A DNA stretch of 62,180 nt, the filler included. It is 7 parts of 7 records of this genome, joined end to end, with 100 filler letters (N's around TTAATTAATTAA, not from the genome) between each part and the next. Parts side by side here need not be neighbours in the genome. Positions count along the whole stretch, not along the records: positions 15,987 to 29,252 come from SRR7504441_6299; positions 29,353 to 39,285 come from SRR7504441_6308; 5 more parts are not named here. One strand, given 5' to 3'. The translations under genes and the position numbers were made by a program. Shown here one piece after another: positions 23,565-34,013 of the stretch. A model generated the notes under the pieces. It was not told the DNA's origin. It did not search any database and was given only the letters and a program-made list of their open reading frames with translations. Numbering within the stretch: position 1 is the first letter of the stretch; the number at the start of each line of letters is the position of its first letter.

Positions 23565-24596
23565 TCACGGTTGAGGGCACTCGGATCCGTTGAGTTGCAT
23601 CTTATCCGCCACAAAGTGCATCATTTGGTCCATGAATGCACTGCCCTTGAGCACCGCCGGTGCCGATTCATCAATCCCAAGCAGCTGCTCGTACGGCACA
23701 TGTCCTGCTCCAGGGACTTGGATCAGCAAATTGTCGAGCCCAGTCCGGTTGGCTACCTCCTGTATGGCCTTTGCCTCGCGAATCGGGACAACCGTATCGT
23801 GCGTACCATGCACCATGACTAGAGGGGGGCGGGCGCTCCCACCTCTAGCCACCTCCGCTGTGAAGTTCCAGCTGCCCAGCACGCACTGGGTGATTGCCCA
23901 TGGTTGCTCCGTATGGTTGCAAAAAGCGTCGTAAGCCAGTGCACCAGAGATCGGCACCAGCACCGATACGTTCGCTGTGCGGTTCACGTATCCAAAGAAC
24001 TCCGTGGTGATTCCACCTGCCGACTCGCCGCCCACTCCGATCCGGGTTGGATCCACCCGCCATTCGACGGCGTTCCGGCGCATGAACTCGACCGCCAGCT
24101 CCAGATCCTGCCTGGCGTCAGACACATACTGATCGCTCCCGAGGCCAGCTGTCCCAGGCCGCTGGCCAGGCTGCACTCCGTAGGCCAGTCCTGTGAGCCG
24201 GTAGTTGATCGACACCGCCACGAAGCCACGCTGGGCCAGCGCGGCCGCCAGATACGCTTCCACCCCTGGTCCCGCCCCGTGCCTGGCCTTGTCGCCTCCC
24301 GTGAACCCGCCTCCGTGTATGAGCACAAAGCCCGGGCGGGCAGTCCGCCGGTCCGATGCTGGTGGCATATACAGATCGAGCAACAGCGGCTGGACTCGCT
24401 TGGTGTACGCGTTGTGCGCTTTGCCATACTCAACATCGGTCCGGGCGGCGGGGAGCGACCAAGCGCAACGGTGGAGCCCGTCGCAGCCGGAGGTATTGAC
24501 GATCTGCGCCGGCGGCCACACCGGGTCGATGAAGCAGCGCTGCTCGCTGCTCGCCAGCACCAGCAGAGCCAGCACACCCACCAGACGTCTAATCAT
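23565..24596 (-). CDS. Secreted alpha/beta hydrolase (HSL/BD-FAE-like esterase), intronless
   Basis: Signal peptide, HGGGF, GESAGG, HGTHD, GAGH. Confidence 0.9.
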   Translation of the reverse strand: MIRRLVGVLALLVLASSEQRCFIDPVWPPAQIVNTSGCDGLHRCAWSLPAARTDVEYGKAHNAYTKRVQPLLLDLYMPPASDRRTARPGFVLIHGGGFTGGDKARHGAGPGVEAYLAAALAQRGFVAVSINYRLTGLAYGVQPGQRPGTAGLGSDQYVSDARQDLELAVEFMRRNAVEWRVDPTRIGVGGESAGGITTEFFGYVNRTANVSVLVPISGALAYDAFCNHTEQPWAITQCVLGSWNFTAEVARGGSARPPLVMVHGTHDTVVPIREAKAIQEVANRTGLDNLLIQVPGAGHVPYEQLLGIDESAPAVLKGSAFMDQMMHFVADKMQLNGSECPQP

Positions 24597-24715
24597 GGCG
24601 CCGGCCTCCAACGGCAAGCAACATCCCTCCAACTCAATGACTCCGTGGCTTAAAGTCATACACACTACGTATGATTGTAATCAATGCACCCTGTATGATT
24701 GTAATAATAGGTGAC

Positions 24716-25597
24716 TCATCCCGGTTCCTGCGCTGTGCTGTGATCCGGCTCTACCAGGTCGGCTGACTGGCCCGAGGCCAAAAAGTCCGTCTGGTTGCTC
24801 GCGCCCACCTCGCTAGGTACGGAATCGAGGTACGGTATGCTCATCTGGCGCATCTCGTGCTCGATCTTCATCTCGCCCTTGCTAATCAGCGACCACCGCT
24901 CGTCGTAGCACACGGCCGGCGCCACTCGGAAATCGAGGCTAACCCTGCAAAACTCCGTCAGGTTGCCCGGCGCCGTGTGCTGCCGCTCCACGCCGTAAAA
25001 CTGCGCAAACTGGCCCACTGCCAGCACCAGTGGCGCCATCTCGCCTTGGCCCGACTCCGGTTCGACCCAGAGCGATGCCCGGCCTTGCCCGGCGTCGGTG
25101 AGGGGTAGCCAGAAGTTTATCTCGCCTGGCTGGTGCCCGTACTCAGCGTCCCGGTGCACCCGCCGGAACTTGCGGCTGCCAGCTGGGTGCACCCGCAGCG
25201 TGGGCGGGAACTGGTACCGCACGCTGAACTGCCAGCCGCCGGCCGAGTCCGGCCTGGCCAGCTGGGCGGCCGCAGGGAGCTGGGCCAAGTGCGGCGCGAC
25301 AACGGTCCGGATGAGCCGCTCGTAGGCCAGGCCGAGCTCACGGTGCACCCGCACCCGCTGCTGCAGCTGCTTCCGGGCGGCCATCGACCAGGTGTCGACC
25401 TGGGGGACCAGCAGCTCCAGCGGCTGCCCCGCGGCCCCGAGCAACTCGCCCACCGCCTCCACCAGCCGGATGTCGGCCGGATCCCAGCGCAGGGTCAGCT
25501 GTCGCGTCCAGCTCGGGCCCGGAAGCTCCTGCTCCGGGCTGGGCCGCTCCTCCGCGCGCAGCGCCGCCAACGCGCGCTCGCCCTTGGTGTTGGACAT
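24716..25597 (-). CDS. StrG-like 2OG-Fe(II) dioxygenase
   Basis: YQFPPTLRV, HRDAEYGHQPGEINFWLPLT, distal His, RVSLDFRV. Confidence 0.75.
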   Translation of the reverse strand: MSNTKGERALAALRAEERPSPEQELPGPSWTRQLTLRWDPADIRLVEAVGELLGAAGQPLELLVPQVDTWSMAARKQLQQRVRVHRELGLAYERLIRTVVAPHLAQLPAAAQLARPDSAGGWQFSVRYQFPPTLRVHPAGSRKFRRVHRDAEYGHQPGEINFWLPLTDAGQGRASLWVEPESGQGEMAPLVLAVGQFAQFYGVERQHTAPGNLTEFCRVSLDFRVAPAVCYDERWSLISKGEMKIEHEMRQMSIPYLDSVPSEVGASNQTDFLASGQSADLVEPDHSTAQEPG

Positions 25598-25618
25598 GCA
25601 AATTCCGTTACTGCGACC

Positions 25619-26862
25619 ATGCGCCTACAGCGTATGATCCGGACGCTGGCTCGGGCTCCAGCATCCCTGCTGGCGCTCCTGCCGCTGGTGGCGCGCCAGC
25701 AGCAGTGTGACGAGCCAGAGATGAGCTGGCACCGGGCCAGCGCCGCCGGGCCTGCCGGGCTGGAGCTGCGCTGGCTGGCTGTCCGGCTGCCTGCAGAGGC
25801 CCGGCCGTTGCTGCGGACAGACCCAAGGTTTGGCGAGCGCGGGATCGTGCTGGGCGGCAACATGGTGGATCAGGCGGCCACTGCCCGGGCCTGGCGGGTT
25901 CCGGCGATAGGCCGCCAGCTGGCCGAGTGGATTAGCGCCGACAGCGGGGCCGTGCTCGGTCTCTGCCCGACAAACTTCGGCTGGCAGCGGCAGGCCTACT
26001 TGTGGTCGGACGGTCAGTTGCATGCAATAGCAGGTGATCGACCGGACCCGAGCGCCCGGTTGTGGGCGGTGAGCTGGGGCCGGGCGGGCTGGGCGGCCGG
26101 CCGGTCGCTCCCGGCTGATCTGGAGCGCTCGGTGCTCGGGCTGGAGATGGCCCCGCTGGTGGAGGCTGGCTCTCGCGTGCCGCTGATACGGCTTGTGGAG
26201 CACCCGAGAGTGCTGGCGGACCTTCGGAATGTGTTCGACTTTGCAGAGGGCCGTGGGCTGCTCGCGCCAGGCCGGTTCTGGGAGCTGCTGCGCAAGTTGC
26301 TGCCGTACCGCCCGGAACAGGCTAGGGCGCTCATCGATGGGCGGGCGGTCGAGGTGGAGCTGGCCGGGCGGGTGTCGGGGGGCGAGGCCGAGGAGCTGGC
26401 TCGGATGATCTCACAGCTCGGGCTCAAGCGAGTCAAGCTCAGCCGGAGTTCAGCCAGGTTCGAGGGCCCATTCGAGCTGCAACGGCTGCCCTTGTTTGGC
26501 ATCGGAGTGCTGGACGACGGCGGGCTGCTCATTGTGGCGGTGGATGGGCGGCAGCCGGGCCTGCCGGGTGAGACGCCGGTCGGTCAGGGAATTGAGTGCG
26601 ACTAGGTGCTACTATTGAGGAGCTCGCAAGCATCATGATCCACCATGGTGCCCGGCATGCGGGGCTAGGCAGCGCGGGGGGAGATGTCGCGGTGGTACTG
26701 AAACAAGAAGGGCTATTAGCCACGCTGAATAGCCCATCAAATAGAGACCGGACCACTCGACCGGTGCCGGCCGGGCTGTTCTTCGGGATGGACCAGAGTC
26801 TTGTGGTGCGCGAGGCCCCTACAGAGCATGTCGATCTCGGCATATACGCTAGTTGCTTTTAA
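25619..26862 (+). CDS. Protein with C-terminal phosphodiester-glycosidase (NAGPA/DUF2233)-like region, 1 intron
   Basis: GIG..DGGLLIVAVDGRQ..G-ATIEELASIMIHHGA pattern. The Arg-rich N-terminus resembles a mitochondrial presequence. Start is uncertain (25619, 25634 or 25721). Confidence 0.6.
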
Positions 26863-27549
26863 ATCCAGTGCTATACTTAGCCTTCTTTGCACGCTTGCCA
26901 TCAAGTGCAGCTGCCTCCTTGCGTATACTTCCACGATCCGGCTCGACAGCGCTACACTTAGGCGCTGGCTCAGCGGTTGGCGTCGACCGCCACCACTTGG
27001 CCACCTGCGCCACAGTCAGCGAGCGCACGGCCGCGGGCAGCCTGCGGAGTGGTTGAGATCGCGAGCGGGAGCCGCGCCAGATCGAGCAGCGAGTTGATTT
27101 CGATCGCGATCAGCCCGTTTATGATGCTCGGATTCCAGCTGTCCAGGCTGATCCCAGTGGCCGTGTCCGCCCCTGCCCCGCCTGCCCGGTGCCGAGCCCC
27201 GCGGGCCACCGAGGTACTTGAGCGCCGCCACCCCGTCGAAGCCAGCCTCGAGCCCGCACCATATCGGGAGTAGCGGCGCGGCCCACAGCACTCCGTAGTA
27301 GCACCCGAAGACCAGCCCATACTCCCGCCAGAGCAGCTTGAGCCGCTCCAGCTTGGACGCTTTCGGCGGCTCGGCAGGATGTGTGCTGAAACCACGCACA
27401 TTGGCCGCCAGGCGCTGCTTAGAATCATATTGAAAGGAAGCGAATGCGCGGTGCTGGCTGTGGGCCAGCCACACCGGCGAGACGAGTGCACTGCGACGCC
27501 CGAGCAACCCGAGCCGGCGCGCCGACGAGATCCACAGTCGGCCGGGCAT
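26849..27549 (-). CDS. DUF1279/FAM210-like mitochondrial membrane protein, 2 introns (one GC-AG)
   Basis: Presequence, KLERLKLLWREYG, and RLPLAISTTPQ|VAKWWR after removing a 37-nt GC-AG intron. Confidence 0.75.
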
Positions 27550-27603
27550 TCACAAGAAATGGCCTGAGCAACGACAATCTGACCAGCCACCTGACGACCA
27601 ACA

Positions 27604-28032
27604 ATGCAGGCACTGGGTAGGGGGGCGCTCCGGGCACCGCTGGGCCGCACTGCGGGGTGGGGGCTGGGGAGGCCCGGAGCATTGGGCGGGTTTACTGGGC
27701 GGGGTCTGGCGGATGGGCCCAAATCGGATGAAAACCCGTTCGAGGCGACGCGGAAGATGGGCGAGCAGCTGGAGGCCAAGCTTAAGGAGAAGATGGGCGA
27801 GCACCAGACGCTGGTGGAGACGATCATGCAGGACACCAAGAATAAGGTGGAGGCCCAGCTCGGGCACGAGGTGCCCAACCCGTTCGAGGCGATGGAACTG
27901 CTCCGGAAGGTCAAGAGCGAGAACGAGGAGCTGCGGCGAGATGTCGACCGGCTCGAAGAAAAGCTGTGTGAGCTCGACGTCCGGCTGGACGAGGTGAGGG
28001 AGAGGGTGCTGGACGCGGAGGACTTGCACTAG
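27604..28032 (+). CDS. Small coiled-coil protein, probably mitochondrial
   Basis: Arg/Gly-rich presequence-like N-terminus, heptad C-terminus, strong GC3 codon usage. Confidence 0.65.
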   Translation: MQALGRGALRAPLGRTAGWGLGRPGALGGFTGRGLADGPKSDENPFEATRKMGEQLEAKLKEKMGEHQTLVETIMQDTKNKVEAQLGHEVPNPFEAMELLRKVKSENEELRRDVDRLEEKLCELDVRLDEVRERVLDAEDLH

Positions 28033-28258
28033 TCAGCAGCCCGAGCTGCGCACTAGCCCTGCCAGGGATAGGATTATGGTAAAACAAGCGGCCAATAACT
28101 GCTCAATCGTGTTTTCATTAATTAATTGTGTGGCGCAACAAGGTGCACACACGTCATAAGGCGTCACTAGCGGTCCGCGCCACTGCCTGACGAGGCTCGT
28201 GTTGAGCCATGGTCTACCTTGTACTAGTATGGCGCATCGGTAGCGCATCGGCTTATGT

Positions 28259-28817
28259 TTAGTAGCCGTCATCTGACCACGTTATTGAAAAATCGCTGAA
28301 GTTCGGAGATTCTGAGACTATTCGGGCGGACTCCTCGTTGCACCCGGCGCTCCGGCCAAACGTCTTGGAGTATCCGAATATCGATATTGTCCGGGCTTCA
28401 GCGTTGAGGGCCAGTCTGCCGCCGCCGATCACTCTGCCCACCAGCCCGCGAGGCTCCAGCTCCTTTGCCACACATCGTTCGTACATCTGTGACCATACTG
28501 AGCTCGGCCAGCAGCGGGGCGACTCACGCTGGCGTGGAACTTGAGGCCCTTGAAGCTACGCACGATGCGTTTGCTGGCGTTCTGCCCAGAGGCCTCGATC
28601 AGCACGACTGCCCACCGCTGCTCAGCCCGAGCCCGCGGCAGGAGGCGGCACATTTCCACTTGCCAGCGGCGATCTGCACGTTGGGGACCGCCTCGAGCCG
28701 ATCGGACGAGGAAGCGCCCGCGGTGGTCGAGGCGTTCCGATTGAGCTCCACGATCCTGTGAGCCGCATCGTTGATCGGCCGGCCATCGTCGTCGAACAGA
28801 GGATCCTCCTGGACCAT
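28259..28817 (-). CDS. PHPT1: 14 kDa phosphohistidine phosphatase (Janus/Ocnus family), 2 introns
   Basis: VPNVQI..GKWKFVLI, FHA, GGGR, IFGYSKTFG, WSDDGY. Confidence 0.88.
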
Positions 28818-28965
28818 CGACCAGCGGGCCGCGGCCAGCCAAAGCAGGCCAAAGCCAGCCAAGACCAGCCAAACCCGCCGGCCCCGCAGCGATGCCAGAT
28901 GGAGGGCCGCGTCACAACGGAAGATCGTTATCGACGGTTGGCCCGGCGTGATCCAGGGACCAGCA

Positions 28966-29252
28966 ATGGCGTGCCAGATATACATCTACGTGGTCGTCGG
29001 GTTCGTCGGGGGCATCGTTGGTATCCTGATCGGTGTGATGATCGGCATCTTTCGCTACGGCAGCTCTGACCGGCTCTCCGCGTGGCACAGTTACACACTG
29101 TTCCCCAGAGTGCGGCCACAAGCCGGGCTCCTCTGAGCGTGTGTGTGGTCTCAGCCCGGAGTCGGCAAGCCAGAGCAATGCTCGTTCGAGTTTCAGACGG
29201 TGGTGGCCCGGCCACGTCAGAAGCTGCAGCCCGGGCTCTGGTCGGCGGAGAG
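28966..29252 (+). CDS. Membrane-anchored protein (probably 3' partial)
   Basis: Hydrophobic segment IYIYVVVGFVGGIVGILIGVMIGIF, then a likely intron and the contig end. Confidence 0.4.
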
Positions 29253-29352
29253 NNNNNNNNNNNNNNNNNNNNNNNNNNNNNNNNNNNNNNNNNNNNTTAA
29301 TTAATTAANNNNNNNNNNNNNNNNNNNNNNNNNNNNNNNNNNNNNNNNNNNN
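29253..29352. other. Artificial contig linker
   Basis: N44-TTAATTAATTAA-N44. Confidence 0.98.
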
Positions 29353-32096
29353 AATCATCTTAGAGCCTGCCGCCAAACCTTGCGATTGGATGTTTGAGTG
29401 CAACCTAGATATTTCCCTTTCAGTCGCTGCATCTCTCACCATTTGTGCTGCATGCTTTGCACTTTGACTCCACACTTTAATCAAGAAAACCTGGATGCCT
29501 TTGTCTAGTCGTTGCTTGACATTCCTGATCAACAGTGCCGAATAAAACTGAATTCGGCCTTCTGTATTCTTTAGAGTCAAGCTAGTACAGCCTGCAACCG
29601 TCCAGTGAGCTCAAGGGGAGGTAATCAGGCATCAGGACCTTGTAGATGACGCACTGCAACCCGTTGTTGTGACCAACATTGCCAGCATACTAACATGCGC
29701 ACCTGCATGACCAGCGTCATCGGACTGGCACGTGAAGCGCGGTGACCTTGACGCCGTGCCCCCACTGTTGAATGACCGAATCGCATTTTTCTGCTCCAAT
29801 TCCAATTTTGCAACGACTAACGGTCTCGAGCAGCTCCTCATTCCTAAGTTGAAGGATTGCTAGCTTCTGCTCCCACTCGTCCTTCGCCTGTTCCGCGTGT
29901 TTACCGTGTTTGCTCTGCATTTCTCTCAACTTACATTCATGCAAGTCCTCCAGTCTATTAATCTGCCACACGTGAACATGTGCTCTTACATGCTCTATGG
30001 TCAATTTTCGAGTCCACGTTCTGATTGCATCAACTGCTCTGGACTGTGCCTGCGTCTTGATTACTTCTCTGTGTTCTACTGCCTTCTTACCCTCTTCCCA
30101 AGCAGCCACTTCGCGACATTTTGCGTCTAACCATTCTTGGTGCCAGCTCTGCAGAGCGTTCAACAGAATGCTGTTTCTGATATGACGAGCAATTCGTGCC
30201 ACACAAGAGGCGCTTGCCCTATGCCGCGTGTTCGTGATGAGGTGACCCTCTCTATATTTCTGACGCCATTGATCTACACAGTCTGTAAGCACTGTCAAAG
30301 TGTGCCGCTTTCGCCAGCCCTTCATCATGAGTACCGCACTGGAGTGCAGCAAGCGACTTCTCAAATCAGTGAGAGCAGTTTGCGTCAACCACTCAGACCA
30401 GGAACATTGTAGCACCATTGCATCACGATGTGTTTTGACTCCCCGCAGCACCATCCCTAGCCAGCGGATCCCACTTCGCTGATGCATCAGCTGTTGTTGG
30501 GCTGTCATTCGTGTCACTGACGCTTCAAGCGCAGCTCCAAGGGTAGCGTGCAGTCGCCACCGGGCATGCCAGTATAGCAACAGCTCCCGTCGCATCGAGC
30601 TGTTCATACCACGTAACTTGCTCAACCCATACTCAAGCGCTGCAGTTGCTTTCGCAACCCCAGAGGCTTGCTCTGCCGCATCCTTTGCCAAAAGCTGACC
30701 TGTCCCCCTAGCTGAGAAGAGGCATAGGCGGGCTGGTAGGTGCACCTGCAGTGACCTGGACAGTATCTCGCCACCACTGAAGTCTTTGCACTATAGCAGC
30801 TGCTGTAATTCTAGAATCAACCCGCTGTAACATTGCGACAGCTTGATGTTTTGTACTGATTGCAAACTGGTGCTTGAGCATCTGATGTTCAATGGCGGCT
30901 TCGAGCTCAACTGCATTCAGCCGAGCTGTCCAGGTTGCCAGTACCAAGTGCACGCTCCACTGCACAACCGCTGCCCGGACTTGGCTTTCTCTCTCCCTGG
31001 ACATAATTCTTGATATCACAGAGCTGCGGTTTGAGGTCACAACACCTTGCAGCGTGTTCTGCGCAATCGTCTGCTCGTAGAACCGACTGAGCGCTGTCTT
31101 AGTGTCACCTCCGGCTCCGGCTCGTTGATGCTGTAGTTTTGACACTGCCAAAGCCAGAGCAAGTCGATGTGCTTTCAATCGACAAGCGGCAGCGCTGTTG
31201 GCCATCCACACCCGTAGGAGCTGCTGGAGCCATTCGCGGGTGTCTGCCTGTTTGGATGCGCTACGCTGCGTCGACATCTGCTGCAGCACCCGGGCACAAG
31301 TTTGGTCATGGTGCTGCTGCACCATACGTGCTTGGAGCTGGTCAACCTTTTCCGCGTTTCTGGCCAGCTCAATGGCTGCCACCCAGGCCCTGACCGCTCC
31401 TCTGGCAGTCCCGAGCATTGACCGGGCCATCACAGCCCCAACCCGCTGCATTGCTTTCTCTGCCATCCAGACCTGACTGGCCACTGCCTGGACCTTCCCC
31501 CGCTCATCAAGCACCATCAGCCACCAATTATTCACAGCGGGCCTCACACAAGACCACAGCCGCATCGTCCGAATTCCGGCCAACCGGCGGCCTGCAGAGA
31601 CCAGTAGCCTGTGCTGCAACCGCTGATTCTCTTCAGCCAGCGCTCCCAGCTCGGTCACAGCCTTAGCCCGGCCGCACCGAGCGCGCCACCGGGCGACCAA
31701 CAGCTCGGTCCTGAGCCTGGCGGTTTCCCAGCGTCTGAGCACCCACTCTAGCCCCCGCAGCCCACCGGACTGGCCGAGCTGCTGGTTGCCGTCGGCCAGT
31801 TGGCGCACCCGGGCCTCCAGCGCGCTGTTCTTTGCCCGGAGCACCGCACGGGCGCCGTCCACCCGCTGCCGCTCGCGCCAAGCCCCGACCGCCGCCGCCA
31901 CCGACCGCGTTCTGAGCTGCTGGAGAGCCCGGGCCGCCGCGAGCACCCCAGGCAGCAGCGCAGGCCGATGGAATGGCGACGGGAGCAGAGTGGGCGCCTC
32001 GGTGACCGGTTCGCGCCGGGCATTCGAACGGTCGCGCAGCAACCGGTACTTGAGCGCCAGCCCGTCCTCCACCCCGCGCGGGGCCGGCAACGGCAT
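29353..32096 (-). CDS. Long helical protein with Trp-anchored Sfi1-like repeats (3' partial)
   Basis: More than 10 recurring motifs such as AAVGAWRER, GAVRAWVAA, DCVDQWRQK and NALQSWHQE, with basic helical spacers. Confidence 0.6.
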
Positions 32097-32191
32097 CGCC
32101 CCCCCGCGATGTCGCCTCCCGCCAGGCACCACGCGCCTCTTCTTTGGGAACGTAACCGCAGCCACTTAGGCTTGCTGCCCGCCGACTGGAC

Positions 32192-33758
32192 ATGAAGTAC
32201 TGCAGCACCCGGGGCGGGGCGTCGGGGGTGTCGTTCGAGACGGCCATCAGCACCGGCTACGCCCCGGACGGCGGGCTGTACGTGCCCGAGCGGCTGCCTC
32301 GGCTCTCGTCGGCCGAGCTCGAGCGGCTGAGCCGGCTTGGCTTCGGGGAGCTGGCCGAGGAACTGCTCGGCAAGTTCATCCACCCAGACGAGCTGCCCCG
32401 GCCGGCGCTGCGCGAGATCGTCCGCGGGTGCTACAGCCAGTTCGGGGCGGCCCAAGTTGTGCCGGTGCGGCGGCTGGCCGGCGTATGGCTGGCCGAACTG
32501 TACCACGGGCCGACGCTGTGCTTCAAGGACCTCGGGCTGCAGCCGCTGGTCAGGCTGCTCGCCCACTTCGCCCAGCGGCGGGGCTGCCAGCGGACCATGC
32601 TAGTGGCCACCACCGGCGACACCGGCCCGGCCGCGCTGCGGGCGGTGAGTGACGTGGGCTGCCCTCAGCTGAAGATGGTCACCTTCTTCCCGAACGGCCA
32701 AGTCTCCGGGCTCCAGCGGAAGCAGATGACCACGGTGGTCTCGGAGCAGGTGCGGGTGGTGGCGTTCGAGGGCGGCGGGGACGACATGGACAAGCCGATC
32801 AAGCGGCTGGCCATGGACGAGCAATTTGCCGGCCGACACGGGCTGTGCGGTGCGACTGCGCAAGGGCCGCCGGGACGGCTGGGCAGGAGTAAACTCTTAC
32901 AACTTCGCCCGGCCGCTGGCCCAGACCGTGCACTACTTCTGGACTTACTTTGAGGTGATGCGGCAGCTGGGCAAGCCAATCGGGACCGAGCTGGAGATTG
33001 TGATCCCGACAGGCGCGATGGGCAACATGACCGCCGGGATGATAGCCAAGCAGATGGGACTGCCGCTCGGCCGGCTGGTGGCCGGGGTGAACGTGAACGA
33101 CATCAGCCACCGGGCGATCCAGCACGGCCAGTTCTGGCGGGCCGATGCGATGCTCAGGACCCTCTCAGAGGCGATCAACATCCAGCTCCCGTACAACTTC
33201 GAGCGGCTGCTATGGTACACCACCGGCGGCCAGCACCGGAAGATAGCCCACTGGATGCGCCAGATGGACCAGACCGGCCAGCTCAGCCTGCCGCCCGATG
33301 TGCTGGCCAAGCTGCAGCAACAGCTCGGGTCGGCTCGCGTGGAGGATGCCCAGATGCTCCGCACGCTCCAGCGGGTGCACCGTCAGTTTGGCTACCTGGC
33401 CTGCCCGCACACGGCCGTGGCGCTCGCAGCCGCCGAGCAGCTCGGGCTGTTCCCTTCTGCAGACCGGCCGGTGGCGGTGCTGGCCACGGCTCACCCGGCA
33501 AAGTTTGAACAAGCAGTCACTGCCGCGGTCGGCCGGCCGGCATGGCAGCAGTTCGTGCGCTCGGCCGAGTTTCCTCCGAGTGCGGCCGCGGTGATGGAGC
33601 TGCCGGAGCAAAGCCCGACGGTGCGGCTGGGCTGGCCAAGGGCTGAGCGGGGGCAGCTGCTGGAGCAAGCGGGCTTGGGGCTGGAGGCGGCGCACCCGGA
33701 GTGGGAGGCCAGGCTCCGGCGGCTGCTGGACGGGCAAGATCTCAAGGCAAAGCTCTGA
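32192..33758 (+). CDS. thrC: Threonine synthase (or threonine synthase-like), 2 introns, C-terminal AKL
   Basis: MKYCSTRG, GYAPDGGLYVP, HGPTLCFKDLG (PLP Lys), ATTGDTG, PTGAMGN, CPHTAVA, ATAHPAKF. Confidence 0.93.
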
Positions 33759-34013
33759 TTGATTAACAAGGCACTTAATTAAGGCATCTTCGGTCGCCAG
33801 ACTAGCAATCAAGATCGCTAATGTTTATACAGATATATGCTTAGTACCATGAATAGAGTTTAGAATAATCGAGTCTACTCAGCAGTTTCTACATGTGAAG
33901 CCGATACGTGTACGTAGAGTGTTGTACTCGTAGGTAGCAGTATGATTGTGCAATCGTACGAGTACGTAGTAAGTACCAACATGCATGAGGCTTGTCAGCG
34001 AGCACCGGCCCCG

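Noticed and set aside
20269-26862. Biosynthetic gene cluster (PhyH, esterase, StrG-like, NAGPA-like)
   Set aside because: No backbone synthase, mixed predicted localisations, and unrelated genes interspersed.
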